Source of the DNA: Octopus vulgaris
Lineage: Eukaryota
DNA length: 64,000 bases
Direction of reading: 5' to 3'
Assembly: GCA_951406725.2 (NCBI GenBank)
Contig: OX597818.1
Coordinates: 91,388,001 to 91,452,000 of the forward strand
Below are positions 13,832 through 27,886 of this stretch, one piece after another. Below the pieces are notes generated by a model. That model did no database searches, had not been told where the DNA came from, and was given only the letters and a program-made list of their open reading frames with translations. How positions within the stretch are numbered: position 1 is the first letter of the stretch; each line of letters starts with the position of its first letter. The position numbers were made by a program, and so were the translations under genes.

Positions 13832-14688
13832 TATATTATATAACTTCATGCTTCTAGCTATCTACCTACCTAGCTACCTACCTACCTAGCTACCCACCTG
13901 CCTACCCATCTAACTATCTAGGTATCTATCTACCTTTCTGTCTATCTCAAACTCTGTCAATATATTTATAGGTTTTATCCTTCAGCTCTTCTTCTTTAAA
14001 AGCAAGCATACTTCAGACAAAAGCAATTTTCTGAAGTGCACATTTATTAGCCGAAATAATTTGCTTGTCGTTATAGACAAGAAAATTCTTTCGGCTGATG
14101 GAATAAAAATTGTTTACAATATATTTTGTAACTATGCTTCTGTGTATCCATCTTTTTTATCTAACCTATCTCTATGTCTATTTATCTACCCATCAATTTA
14201 TTTATATTTATATACGTGTTTTGTTTAAATGGCATTATTGACAAGAATTTCCTTCCACTTTATATTTCTTTGTCTCGTCCTTTCTCTTCGAAGCGGTTGT
14301 TTTAGATCATCACATGAAGACCAGGATATATAATCCTTTGTACCATTGGCGCAATTCCTGAAATTTTGGGGCAAGACGTGAGTCAATTACATCACTACCC
14401 GTCCTCAACCGGTTTTATTTCAGCGATAACCAAAACGATTAAAGGTTATGTCGATCTCACTAGCATTTGAACTCAGACCGTGAAACTGCCAGAAATGCCG
14501 TTATGCTTTTTCTCCGACTTGCTAAGGATTCTGACAGTTCAACGCTTTGTCCTGGTTGTATAATAAATGTAGATCACAAAATTTTTTATTCGTTCATTTC
14601 TTTCAAATCTAAATAAATATAAAGAAACCTATACACGTACCCAAGATAAATATTATATATATATATTTATCCCTTGTATCAGTATAAG

Positions 14689-14736
<48 letters not shown>

Positions 14737-14891
14737 CTGAAAATTGCTCTACATTTTAAATTGATGTAATGATTGCATTGTTCAATTAAATGCAGTTGCA
14801 TGAAACGATCGTAGTCTATTACCTCGGGATATCCTTGTTGCTTATTTTAATTTTATATATATACATACATACACACACAAACGCACACACA

Positions 14892-14939
<48 letters not shown>

Positions 14940-15856
14940 TATATATATATCTCACCTGTTGGTTTAAAATCACATAGCAACTTAGACAGTATTATTGCCG
15001 AATTCCACTGCCTATATTATTCAATTGCCTTAATGTGAATGCACTATACAATCGCCGTGATGTTGTAGAATTGGTAGCGAGTAAGTGTTTCGTATATACG
15101 CCTAAGCCGAGAGATATCTAAGCAGAGAGATATTGGTAAGAAACCGAAAATATCAAACAGTTGTAGTAGAACATTAGTATCGCGCGATTTCGGCGCTTTG
15201 CGTCCCATCAGCAATCCACATCCACTACAGCATACTGGCTAAATCTCCTCTCTACCGATATATAAAGAAAGAGCGAATATTTAGTTAGTGGATGCCTAAT
15301 GCTGACGAGGCAAAATCACATGAGATGGTAGCTCTACTATCGGTTCTTGTTATCGGTATCATACTGCTTATATGCAATATGTGTCTATAGGAGAGAGTTT
15401 CTTCAAACAAATTCTGCAATAATATGGTACTCAAATAATACAACAATATTGAATAGGATACGGATACTGCCATTCTGCTATAATGTACCCTCCGTCCCTA
15501 ATATCCGTTCTTTCCTCGGCCTGATAGCAACGCCAGTAACCGAACAGCTCCTGTTTTTCTAAAGATCGGTGAAAGGGAAATTTGGCTCGTATGTGCCAGT
15601 AACAGCTTACTGCTGATGAAGAGCAAACAACGGCGAAACCATGTGATACAGTTGTCCACTATCGGTGCTTGACATTTCTCATCAGCTACCGATAGCCTTG
15701 TGCTCATGTGCACTAGCCGTTTATATGAGATCATTTCTGAAGACGAATTGTTGATTTAATTAGTTTTAATTATGTACAGTGGAAAATGCCTCGTTTTTAG
15801 AAGCGTGGTGTGTAATTTGTAGCCTATACGTATACACAGGAGCTTATAAGTATACC

Positions 15857-15934
<78 letters not shown>

Positions 15935-16009
15935 ATACACAAACATACAAGCGTACACTTATAGGCCCAGAAACCCACAAACTGTCTGTTAGATATGCAT
16001 ATGAATTCA

Positions 16010-16040
<31 letters not shown>

Positions 16041-17704
16041 CACTCTCGTAATTACAAAATCGTCATAAAGAATTATAAACACCAAAAACGATTAATCTTT
16101 TCGGCAATTGGAATTCACATTTGGATATAGAACTATTGAGATATCTTCTCTCGAATAGAATATATAATTTTAAATTTCCTTATAGCTTTTCTTAAAACAA
16201 CAACACTTTTCAAAATATATTCAAAGGACTTTTTTTCTTCTGGTTCTGTAAAATTATTTCATTTTTATAAAATACCAGATTTCAATGTTTATATTTGCTG
16301 CAGAAGTAGGTCACTTGCTTTGGGTTTGCTGTTATATTATAACTAGTTCTGCAGTAATGTATTTCATGCATAATTCATAATATTATTATGTATATTTGTT
16401 GAAGATATAGTGCTGATAAAATAATAGTATTTCCACATATATACGTATTGGTTTTAGATTTTGTGCTCCTTGGTTTTAACTTTTGTATTGTTTGGATTTA
16501 ATTTTTGTGTTGTTGTTCCTGTCACATAGTTTAGAAGATAACTTTCATTATATTCAGTTGGAATGTAAATAAGTTTACAGATGACAAAAGACAAAAAGAA
16601 TATAGAGTAAGATTCACACTGAGGTATACCAATTCTAAGTATAACAAAACAACGGCGTTGTATAGTGGTATCGTCCAGAAATCTTTGATTTCTATTCTTG
16701 TTCGGTGTTGCGAAAATTCATCTCTCTCTTTTTGTTGTTGTTTGTTCCTTCACAAGCCATGCCTGGTTCCTAAGGGACGGTTTCCCGGTTTCATTGGCGT
16801 ATAGGTTCCACACCTGTACGGGACGCGTGTCCGCCGCAGCTCTCTCCCATTATATATATATATAAGCAAAACATTCAAAAACTGAGATTTGAACACAGAT
16901 GTCACTACTGTTCATATCATCTTTGGATAAATTTTAAAATTGATGATATCTCCAGCAGTGACATAGGTGGGTCGCAGGCGTAATAGCATAAAATTGCTAT
17001 GAATTATAAATTTGCACGAAGCGGAATGATGTTTAACAAGCAACTACCTGCTAGAAATAAGACCTAAAGTCTTAAATTAATCCACCGTACCACACCAAGA
17101 TAACAGAGAAAAACAGTACCCACCTATCTATCTATCTGAAGTTTGTTTCACGACCCCGTAGTTCCGGGTTTAGTCCTACTGCGTGGCACGTTGAGCAAGT
17201 ATCTTCCACTGTAGGCTCTGACGTTTGTGAGTGGATTCGATAGACAGAAACTGAAAGGAACTCATCGCATATATGCATATACGTGTGTGTTTGCGTTTGT
17301 GTGTGTATGTGTGTATGGTGTGTATGTATGTATGTCTTTACGTCTGTGTCTTAGTTTAGTGTCTGGGTTTTTTCACTGTCACCGCTTAACAACTGGCATT
17401 TCGGCAAAAGGGAACCGAGAGAGTAAGTAGAAGGGTTTAGATATCTAAGTCCTGGAGACGATTTGTTTGACTCAAACCCTTCAAGGTAGTAACCCAGAAT
17501 GGCCGCAATCAAATCACTGGAACAATTAAATAACAAAGGATAATATATATATATATAAAATCTACAGATGGAGAAGGACAAACTACCACCATGTTCTTAA
17601 TGATGAAATTAACCTCTCTGTCGATATATTTACCCTCTTTGTAATGTTGGCAAATGAAATAAGTATAAAAATGTGCATTGTCCGTTTAATTAAAAAATTC
17701 TATA

Positions 17705-17792
17705 TGTGGCTGAAGATTGCTCGACATTTTAAAACTGATGTAATACTTACTGTGTTTAATAAAATGAAGTAGCATGAAACGATTGTACTACA
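17705..17792 (+). ncRNA. Type-I hammerhead ribozyme motif with long stem II
   Basis: UGUGG-CUGAAGA-UUGCU..CAUUUUA..UAAAAUG..AGCAU-GAAA-CGAUUG-UA-CUACA; 5-bp stem I, GUA triplet; sister copy at 14733-14818 (core G8A). Confidence 0.7.
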
Positions 17793-17824
17793 CTACCTTG
17801 GATATCCTTGTTGTTTATTTTGAT

Positions 17825-17877
<53 letters not shown>

Positions 17878-17879
<2 letters not shown>

Positions 17880-19285
17880 TACATATGTGGGAAATTCGGC
17901 CTGTGGGTGTGCTTGTTTGCGGAATTGTTTGCTAACTCCTACTTCGTTTTATCGATTTTGATGAAACTTGACATGAGAGTGGAACTCATGTCTGGAAACC
18001 TCATAGCATACCCAGATTGTTGGAAAAATCCATAATAGGATGCCTGAAAGGGATCCTTATATATAACTAATGTATTTTATTTTAACAGCCAAGGGAAATA
18101 ACCATTCATTTTCCTATATTATTTGGTTTAAATCAAATTGTGTATATTTATTTCTTAGTATTTGTACTGTTACAGTTGTTTTCTCAATCTATCCTCTACA
18201 ACCCTTACACAAATAAATAATATTTTCCTAAGCAATTGATCCAGTTTTTTCGGTTAATGACTTATTTACGAATATACTATAAATGACGATTCCTTTCATG
18301 TCACTTCAGCCAATTGGCAAGCGCTGCATGAGGAACTGTTCTGCTTTTAGCCAAATGCACTGTCAACGCAAAGGCCACACCCTGTGTACATGTAGGAACA
18401 CCTTCTTAAAATCTACCTGTACACCTTGAAAATGGCCAGCGTATATATCTCACAGGAGACAATGCTTGAATCCATGAGAAACCACTTTGACAGCTTTCTT
18501 CAAATTATGCCAATGTGATCTATTTGCCCGAACACTGTTGTATGTAGAGGTACCCGTGTACTATACCGGCGCATACAATAGAGCAAGGTACACGCATTGA
18601 GGGCTAGGAAGAAGAAGCAGTCTTCAGAGGAGGGAGAGTATACACTGTGCACCCTAATCAGCAGGAGTGCTTCTATCTGCATCTACTGCTACACACTGTC
18701 AGAAGTCCTACATCATTCACAGTCTTTCGAAGACACAATGGGATGTCTGCATGACCTATAGAGAAGCCTGCACCAAATATGGACTACTGGAGGACGATGC
18801 TCACTGGGACCAGATATTGGAGGTGTCAACAGTCATCAAAACTCTAAGTCAACTGCGGCAGCTATTTTCTATCATGTTGATGACATCTGGCTTGCGTGAA
18901 CCTCACAGGCTCTGGGTGATCCGCAGAACCATCATGGCAGAGAACATCTAGAAAGGACTCAATTGCAAACCTCAGCGGAAATTGCCACATTTCAATAACA
19001 CCATTTACAGTGAGGCATTACTTGACCTGGATACCCTAGGGAAAGCTATAGGCAATTCCACATTTGGTTATTACATAACTGACTTCACAATTTGGGTATT
19101 CATAACTTATTGCGAATTCCTAAGACAAGATCCTGTATGAGACAGTTCGGTATTCTCTGTAAATGCACAAAAACCGTTGTAAGGGTTACATACACTATGT
19201 ATCATTGTTATTGGATTAGCGAAATATGAAAACGGAACCAAGGGATAAGCCCCGCTTTACCTGGAATTACCGGCTACGTCAGCGA

Positions 19286-19287
<2 letters not shown>
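17878..19287 (+). mobile_element. Internally deleted, decayed Helitron
   Basis: Frameshifted RepHel motifs at 18410-19050: VHLENGQRIY, LTAFFKLCQCDLFARTLLYVEVPVYY, GRVYTVHPNQQECFYLHLLLHTVRSPTSF, TYREACTKYGLLEDDAHWD. 3' end ...ccggctacgtcagcgagt (degenerate CTAG) next to (TA)n; boundaries approximate. Confidence 0.8.
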
Positions 19288-19337
<50 letters not shown>

Positions 19338-19736
19338 ACATGTACATATGCATATGTGTGTTTGTGTGTATTTATATCAATAGTTCCATATTATAAGCTA
19401 CTCTGCAATAATTTTTTTCTATTTTCGTTATTTACGTGACTCTAAAATAAGCCTTTGCTTACATAATAAGCCCTGTTTTTTTCTGAGACTCACAGTTATT
19501 GTATAAATTCAACTGCAATTCATTCAAATTAACTTTAGATTATTGCATTATACTATGGAAAACTTTTATCTTTTACATGATTAATAGTATCAATTCTTAT
19601 ATCGGTTTATATCATTAACAAAAGCGATTTTATTTTTTTGACAAGAGATAGTGAAATACATGAAACCTTACGATATGATGTTGAAGTAAACTGTACTAAA
19701 TTTTCACTAAAGATTATAAACAAGTATCTTAATCAA

Positions 19737-21195
19737 ATATTTAAAGCTGGATTCAAAGCATTATGCAAAGCAGCAGATATTATTTTCGCCATGCGATACC
19801 TGCAAGAGAAATACCTTGAACAACTTCAACCGTTGTCATGACATTTATTGATCGTTCTAAGACGTTTGACTCAGTTTCAAGAGAAATCCTGGCAGACATC
19901 TTGCTTATCTACGGATACCTAGAGAGATACATTCTGATTCTTCGTCTTCTCCATGACAACATGCGAAGCATATGCTAATCAACGAAAATGACATTCAAAC
20001 ATTTCCAGTAAATTCACGAGTGAAAAAATGATACGTCATAGTTCCCGCAATTTCTACCGCCTTCATTGCCTCCATCACTGAAATTATCAGTGGTGATCTT
20101 CTATCAGGAACTGAAATTATTTATCGAACCGGTGGCAAGTTTATCAGTTTTGCCCGAATGAGGTCCATAAACAAAAAGCTCCTTCATCGAGATTCAATAT
20201 GCTGACGACAACAGCATTGTAGCACTATCCGAAGAAAATGTGTAACAAATTCTCAATGACTTCGAACAAGACTAGAAAAACCTAGGACTCACCATCAATT
20301 GGAAGAAAGACATGTCATCTTCCAACCATCACTACTCGAGGCAAACAGAGCGCAACCAACCACTGGAATCGAGAACGCAGTCCTACAGAGCGTGAATTAT
20401 TTTCCATATCTAGGAAGTCGTCTCTCCTCATGCTGATATCGATGCCGAAATCCAGCATCATTCTCAAGAGTTTCATTGCTGCCTTGGCCGTCTCCGAACG
20501 ACATTTTTCCAGGATTGGGACATTCGAACTGACAGAAAAACAAACAATGCTATACAAAGCAGTGGTCATCTTCACGCTCATGTAAGCATCCGATATATAG
20601 ACTACGTACTGGATACCTTTAAAAACTGTCGAAAGGTACCACCAACTCTGCCCTCTAAGTATTCTCAACATCTGTTGCGAAGATAGAAGGACAAACATCA
20701 GCGTGTTGGAAGAAGCCAACATGACCCTCATTGAATCTATCATCATCCAGAAATAGCAGAGAGATAGATTGGTCTCGTTGTCCATACGAAAAACAACCGC
20801 CTTCCCAAGCAGCTCCTCTACTCAGAGCTAAAAAAGGAAAACGAAGCGGAGGGCAAATGAAAAGATTCAAAGATGTCCTGAATGCCAATTTCAAGAAATG
20901 TGATATTGACACTGAGAAATGGGAGAGAAATACTCGGTATTGAGAATGCCTGAATTTCATCATCAAAGAAGGAGTAACAACTTTTTAGACTAGTAAGATT
21001 GCCGAGTAAGAAGAAAAGAAGAGGCGCATAAAAGATAGACCAAAAAGGGACCATCCATCCAGAGCCTCCTTTCCCACTTGTGGAAGGAGCTTCGAAGCAG
21101 CAACTGGACTCACCAGTCACTTCAGGATTCATAAATAATGTTAAAAATAATAGAAATCATCATCTACGACCTTGGGGGATAGCAACGACGACGAT
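19737..21195 (+). mobile_element. Decayed RTE-clade LINE (RT pseudogene plus 3' end)
   Basis: AGFK..DIIFAMRYLQEK, FIDRSKTFDSVSRE, LRLLHDNM, IQYADD, YLGS, KRFKDVLNANFK, TCGRSF..GLTSHFRIH; many stops and frameshifts. Confidence 0.88.
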
Positions 21196-22023
21196 AAACA
21201 GATATAGAGGAACACCAAGCAGTGTCACATGTTTGAAGTTTTTACCATATCCGTCCCTGATAGAGCTCTTCTAAGACTATTGCTATTTCATATGTAATTG
21301 CTATCATCGCTATTGTAGTTGTTCTTATTGTAATTATTGATTAATATGTCGTATTTTTATTTTCGGCATGATATTGAATGAAGGGTTAACACGTTATGGG
21401 CTATGGGGAAAAATTGAGCGTATAGTTAGTATGAATATGACAGTCATTTAAAGCAGCACAAGAAATACAGTAAAAATAACGACGATAGTAACAGCCGCAG
21501 CAACAGTAGCAACAACAACACATGTTTATGGTTTCAAATTTTGGCACAAGGCCAGCAATCTCAGGACAAGGGGTAAGTCGATTACATCGACCCAGTGCTC
21601 AACTGGTACTTAGTTTTTCGATCCCGAATGGATAAAGGCACAATCGAGCTCAGCGGAATTTGAACTTAGAACGTAAAGATGGACGAAATTCCGCTAAGCA
21701 TTTTACCCGTCATGCTAACAATTCTGCCAGCTTGCCGCTTAAGTAAAAATGCTAACAAATATGTTCTGCTGCCAGTAATTACACATGTGACAAGCGGCCT
21801 CATAACAAGTGTAGTATATGACGATAACGCATTTAGGGCAGATCATCCAACTCCGGAAATTCCATCCTCCAACTCGTCATCGGTTCTAGTATTTCATGAG
21901 ATATTATCAGCTTTTCGCAGAACTTCGTATTCCTATTTGAGGGTCTTGTTAGGCCACGAAAGTAAGTAGAAAATACATCCCAAACAGTTCAGTGAAGTGG
22001 TACTAAAATGCAGCACCTACTTA

Positions 22024-22200
22024 GATATATGGACTACGTACTGGAGATCTTTAAAAGCTCTCGAAAGGTACCACTAACTCTGCAGTCTAAGTATACTCAA
22101 CATCTGTTGCGAAGAAAGAAGAACAAACATCAGCGTGTTGGAATAATCCAACATGACCTTCATTGAATCTATCATCATCCAGAAACTGCAAAGAGAGAGG

Positions 22201-22265
<65 letters not shown>

Positions 22266-22353
22266 CACGATGAAAAAAAACCCCACCTTCCTAAGCAGCT
22301 TCTCTACTCAGAACTAAAAGAAGGAAAACGAAGCGCGGAGGGCAAATGAAAAG
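22024..22353 (+). mobile_element. Second partial copy of the same RTE segment (equivalent to 20592-20862)
   Basis: Near-identical sequence gatatat.gactacgtactgga...gggcaaatgaaaag, interrupted by a ~70-nt (GA)n. Confidence 0.85.
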
Positions 22354-23173
22354 CTGATCCACAAAATAAAAAAAAAACGCAAAAGATTTGTGAATTTGTT
22401 GCCGCGTTGCACCGATGCTATCAGGACCCATCGAATAGCTTTCGTTCCACTAAATTTTACAGCACGAGCCTAAGCTCAGACAATATATTTTTCATGTATA
22501 GCGTTGAAGAATCGCAGAAGGGCTGTTCTTGCCGTTTCTTCAAGGCTGCTAACTAGTACATCCTCTACACTAGAATTCCTTCTCAGAATTATCTGTTTTT
22601 GGAGGGGGGTTTTCAAGCAAGTAGACAACATTGTTTTATTAAAATGATCACTGTGATTTATTAAGGAACGCAAAAGGAACTGAACACAAACACGTCGGAA
22701 TATCCCTAACCCAACGTACCTAAAAGCACTAAGAATCGCAAAGGAGTTGCATCAAAACACAGAACAAGGTATTGTAAAGCGGACAAATTTGAAGGCTGCT
22801 CCTCTCAAATAAATCTTATTGATCAGTAAGGATTTTACCACACATTACATTCTTTGGAAATTATATATGTATATATCTATGTTTCTGTTCTCGGCAAATC
22901 GAGTTTGAATTATTTAAAATAATCACTCAGAATTTGAAGTATACGTGTATACAGCTGGGATACTGAAAACGTCTTCACAACTCCGTTTAGCGTCGGTAGA
23001 CACACTTAAGTTAGCCCCTTGTGTTTTACCTAACTTTTTTCCAGTCAGTAGCTATTTTGTTAATTTCGAATTGAAAATACTTTCCACTCGAGAATTAGGA
23101 TTTTTTTTATCCTTAAATGATGAAAAGAAACAAAATAAACATGAACTTCCCATTTTATGGAGAAGTTCTGCAT

Positions 23174-23224
<51 letters not shown>

Positions 23225-23659
23225 CTACATAATTTCCTCGAGTGAAATTCCAAAATACTACGTGCTAAAAGAGGACACGCCTCGCTATAGCATGATCAAA
23301 TGATAATAATTATAATTACAGTTCCGTTTACGATAGACATAAGGTCTGATTGGAGGACGGTGCTCAACTGATAATTATTTCATCGAGCCGAAAGGATGAA
23401 AAGTAAAGTTGATCTCGGACGTAAAACCGGAAAAAAATGCCGCAAAATATTCGGTCCGGTGCAGTAACGATTCTAGTATAGTAGTAATGCCTTGCACAAT
23501 TTCGTCCGTTATTACGTTCTGAGTTCAAATGCCGCCGAGGCCGAATTTGCCTTTCATCATTACGAAATCGATAAAAAAAGTACCAGTCAAGAACAGGTGT
23601 TGATTTGAGACCAATTTGAGACCTTGTGCCTATACTAGAAAGGATTTTATTATTATTAA

Positions 23660-23756
<97 letters not shown>

Positions 23757-23863
23757 CGCAGTAGCAGCAATGGCAGCAGTAGCAGCAGCAGCAGACGCGG
23801 CAGCAGAAGTAGTAGTAGAATTAGTAGCAGTAGTAGTAGAAGTAGTAGTAGTAGTAGAAGTAA

Positions 23864-23916
<53 letters not shown>

Positions 23917-24248
23917 TGATGTTGTTGCTCGTTTATGTTGCTTTCTGGTGTAATATATACATAGGAGCAGAATTTTACAAAGAGAATCGTGTTTTAATGT
24001 GTGTTACATGAAAAGAGACGCAAAATTGTTCTAATATATGCAAATGCAATAGAATTAAAATTTCTTTGTGAGGGAGAAGATTGTCAGATTCTGTACTTGA
24101 GAGGCAGAACATCATTGGAGTTTTGAGTAGGGTTGTGACTGGTGATGCTCTGGAAATACAAATTCTTGGAAAAAGTTGCTGTCTCTCTCTCTTGCTGTCT
24201 CCATAAGTGTTTTCTTAAAATTCTCTCCCTGTTTATTTTCTCTTATTC

Positions 24249-24284
24249 CTTTCTGTTGAAGAGCGTAGGCTCGAAACGTAAAAG
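24249..24284 (+). ncRNA. Minimal hammerhead-like motif with CUGUNGA-A core
   Basis: CUUU-CUGUUGA-A-GAGC guag GCUC-GAAA-CG-UA-AAAG; further copies at 62693-62730(-), 12217-12254(-), about 6330-6367(+) and about 6556-6593(-). Confidence 0.55.
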
Positions 24285-25616
24285 ATATATGTATATATTT
24301 CTGTCTCTGTCTGTCTGTCTCTTCAAAGATGTCATCAAGAGAGCCATAGATGAAATGGCTTCTCGAAGTTGTAGCTTATCAATGTCGCGTGCTTTATGTC
24401 ACATCCGAATCTACTAGTTTGAGTTATATACAGATTGTGTAGAAATTATCTGATGGTCTGCAATTGCGCCTCATAATTAGAATTAGAATTCTACATTAGA
24501 AATAATTTTATAATAAAATGAAAGCATTAACAATACAAAAAAACAGGGAAAAAATATATATTGCTTTCGTTGCCACGTCTAGGCAAATGTCTTTTTACCT
24601 AGCACTGTGGAAAGTTTTTTTCTTATATCTATACATCAATAAAAGGTCCCTCCCCTCTGGACGAAAGGCCGCAGCTTCTGACGTTTAAACAACATACTAC
24701 GTTATGAAAAGCGCGACCACATCTGCTGGCTATTGAAAATGCACTGAAGATACCATGGCCTTAGAATATGTCAGTGCATTATAAATCATACACAGCCATC
24801 CACGCACCAGATGTTACATAACTCTTAACGCCATTGTCCCAGATCTTAATATATTATATTCTGTTCTACTATTCCACTGATGGAACGTTGTGAAACGGTT
24901 AAAATGCTTCGCTCATGATTCTGAGCTCAAAGACTCGATTCCTAGCCCTTGGGCAAGACTCATTGTTACTATATTCTGCTCAGCTGGAAATCACTCACAG
25001 TCGACCTCTGGTACAGCTCTGTCTCTGTCTCACATGTTCTCCCTCTCTACCCTCCAGCAATCAAATCCTCAATATTCCGTCAGGGCAAGCGAGACGGAAC
25101 TCATAGTATACGTCCTCTCGACTATATAAGCATCTATAACAATAAGTGAAAGCGCGATAGATACTAAGGCTACCACGTGATATTAGCTTGCTTCTGACTA
25201 ATCATTTACCATTATCGTTAAGAAAGTCAGCTCAAAACAAAAGATAATCACTGCGTTACAACTATTTATAAAATATTCTTTTTGTTTTGTCCGAGGCATT
25301 TTCTTTTACCTTTCTATAAATTATTGATATAATTTGGTTTTCCTTATGCCACCTTTGAAGATATTTCTTTCTTTTGTATAACCCAACGTGCGTTTCGTTA
25401 AGAATAAGTGTCGAGTGCCAAAATTATAACAAAGCTACTGAAGCCTTCTTTTGGCAATCTTTTCTTGTGAGATGATATTTACTATGTCCAAACCGTGAAA
25501 TTAGAAAATTGCTTTTTAAATACAGATTATTTTATTTCAAACATTCAATTAATATACGTACACAAACACAAACACATACACACACACACACCACACAGAT
25601 ATATATATATATATAT

Positions 25617-25710
<94 letters not shown>

Positions 25711-26000
25711 TTATATATCATGCATATATCGGCAGTCAGGTGTATGTATATATCAATATATCAGTATGTGTGTGTGTGTCTATGCATGCATGTATGTATG
25801 TATGTATGTATACATATACATACATACACACATTCATAATATAGCTATATACGTATATACGTAAGTATGTATGTGGCTATGTATGCATGTATGTATATAT
25901 GTATTTGTATGTATATATAAGTCTATAGAATTATATATACATACAAATACATATATACATACATGAATACATAGCCACATACATACATACGTACATACGC

Positions 26001-26056
<56 letters not shown>

Positions 26057-26127
26057 ATATGTGTATCTGTATACATATATATATGTATGTATATGTATTA
26101 TATATATATATATATATGCATGTATGT

Positions 26128-26158
<31 letters not shown>

Positions 26159-26177
26159 CATATATATATACATACAT

Positions 26178-26236
<59 letters not shown>

Positions 26237-26491
26237 TTCTAATGTCTTTTTCTTGCATTTATTTTCTGATTAGGTTTTGTTAATTTAATTTTTTTTCACT
26301 AAGAATACCTCCAATTAAATGACGATCCAGGTACAAAAGCAGTCAGCCAGTACATTTAATGACATTGGTAACTATACTACACGGAAAATTTTAAGAGCAG
26401 AAGAATAGTAAAGAAGAATAAAACGAAGCTAGGTGTGGTGGGGGCATTCTTTTGTCAAGAAATACATGTGTAATGTTCATTTTCACATTCA

Positions 26492-26507
26492 TATAAATAT
26501 ATAAATA
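26492..26507 (+). promoter_or_regulatory. Candidate TATA box(es) of S-crystallin gene B
   Basis: Two adjacent TATAAATA about 190-200 nt upstream of the ATG in unique sequence; transcription start not verifiable. Confidence 0.45.
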
Positions 26508-26694
26508 CGCATAAGAATTCACATTTTCACAGAGTAGAGAAACGTGCTTTCACCAGATCTCCAGGGTTCCTGATATTAGTTATAGATAAACATCACCAAC
26601 ACTCTATAGCAAAACAACAGTAATACTACAAAAGCGGACCACGTTAAAGCTACCTGCAACTTCAAAGATAACAACACTAAAATATATTCCAAGT

Positions 26695-26827
26695 ATGCCG
26701 TCCTATACTCTCCACTATTTCAACCATCGTGGCCGCGCTGAGATCTGCCGTATGCTGTTTGCAGCTGCCGGTGTTCAGTATAATGACCGCAGAATTGAAG
26801 GTTCAGTATGGAAGGATATGCGAAGCA
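26695..26827 (+). CDS. S-crystallin gene B, coding exon 1
   Basis: [44 protein letters not shown] plus 1 nt, then donor gtaagt at 26828; typical octopus S-crystallin N-terminus with GST-sigma Tyr8, Arg14 and Trp39. Confidence 0.97.
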
Positions 26828-27798
26828 GTAAGTTCATAAATTATATATTCTTTTATTCTTCTACATCTTTCATTCATTCCACTGCTGTCATGATTATGCA
26901 CCGTCTTGATTCAGTCGAACAATTCATTGAGTATTCATTATATTGAAGTTTCAAACATATTCTCTTGGCATTTTGCTGCCGGGATGCTTGTTTACGGAGA
27001 CGTAAACAAACCAACATAGTTTCACAAGTGATGGGAATGCACACACACTCATCGTATATATTCTCGTAAAACGCATTGGTCTGCCTGGAACTTGACTTAA
27101 CCAAGGTGCCACGCAGTGTGACTGAATTTGAAGCAACGTGATTAAAATGCGAACTTGTTAAGCAAATGCAATGATGATAAGTATACATACATACATGCAT
27201 TGTGTGTATACACGTATATGTTCACACACACACACATACAAACACACACATAAATATGCATGTGCCCGTGTGCTTTTGTGTACATATGTATATTGCCGAG
27301 TTGTATATTCCCAGTTGTGACATATAAAGGTTCAGGATGTTAAGGATGATTTCTCGTCGACTGTTCCGCTTGGAATTATTGATGACAAGAAACGAATAGT
27401 ATCTTTTATTTTAGAGCTAAATATGTAGTCCTGGTTCGCTCGATAAAAATGTACCCCCAATGAATAAGAGGCAAAAGTTATATTTTCCCTCAAAGAATGA
27501 AGTACTGCCTTTTATGGAATTATGTCATCTGTGGTTGAAGACTCAGCTGTGCATATGTACATGCTTCCAGTTCTCCAGTTAGAAAAGGAAGACAAACAAG
27601 TTTCAAAATGAATTTTATCTCATGAGGGCAGCAAATAATTGTTTTGCTGTTTGAGGTCAGGGAAATAGCGAACCGGGTGTGTGTTTTAGAATGGTATTGC
27701 CCCCGCCCATACAAAGCAAGCAGCGTCTACTACCACTCAGATGTATCTCAGACTGTTCCAGGCAGTTTTCAGTTGTTTTTGTAACGGCGTTTCTTCCG

Positions 27799-27886
<88 letters not shown>

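Noticed and set aside
16085-16620. Penelope GIY-YIG region relic on the minus strand
   Set aside because: Only faint hints (NCRK, YIFNK); too decayed to call.
26281-26490. AP-1/ARE element in the proximal promoter
   Set aside because: Only TGAC half-sites are present; no TGA(C/G)TCA or TGACnnnGC seen.
26828-26946. Read-through extension of the 83-aa ORF beyond exon 1
   Set aside because: A canonical gtaagt donor lies at 26828 and homology resumes at 30054.
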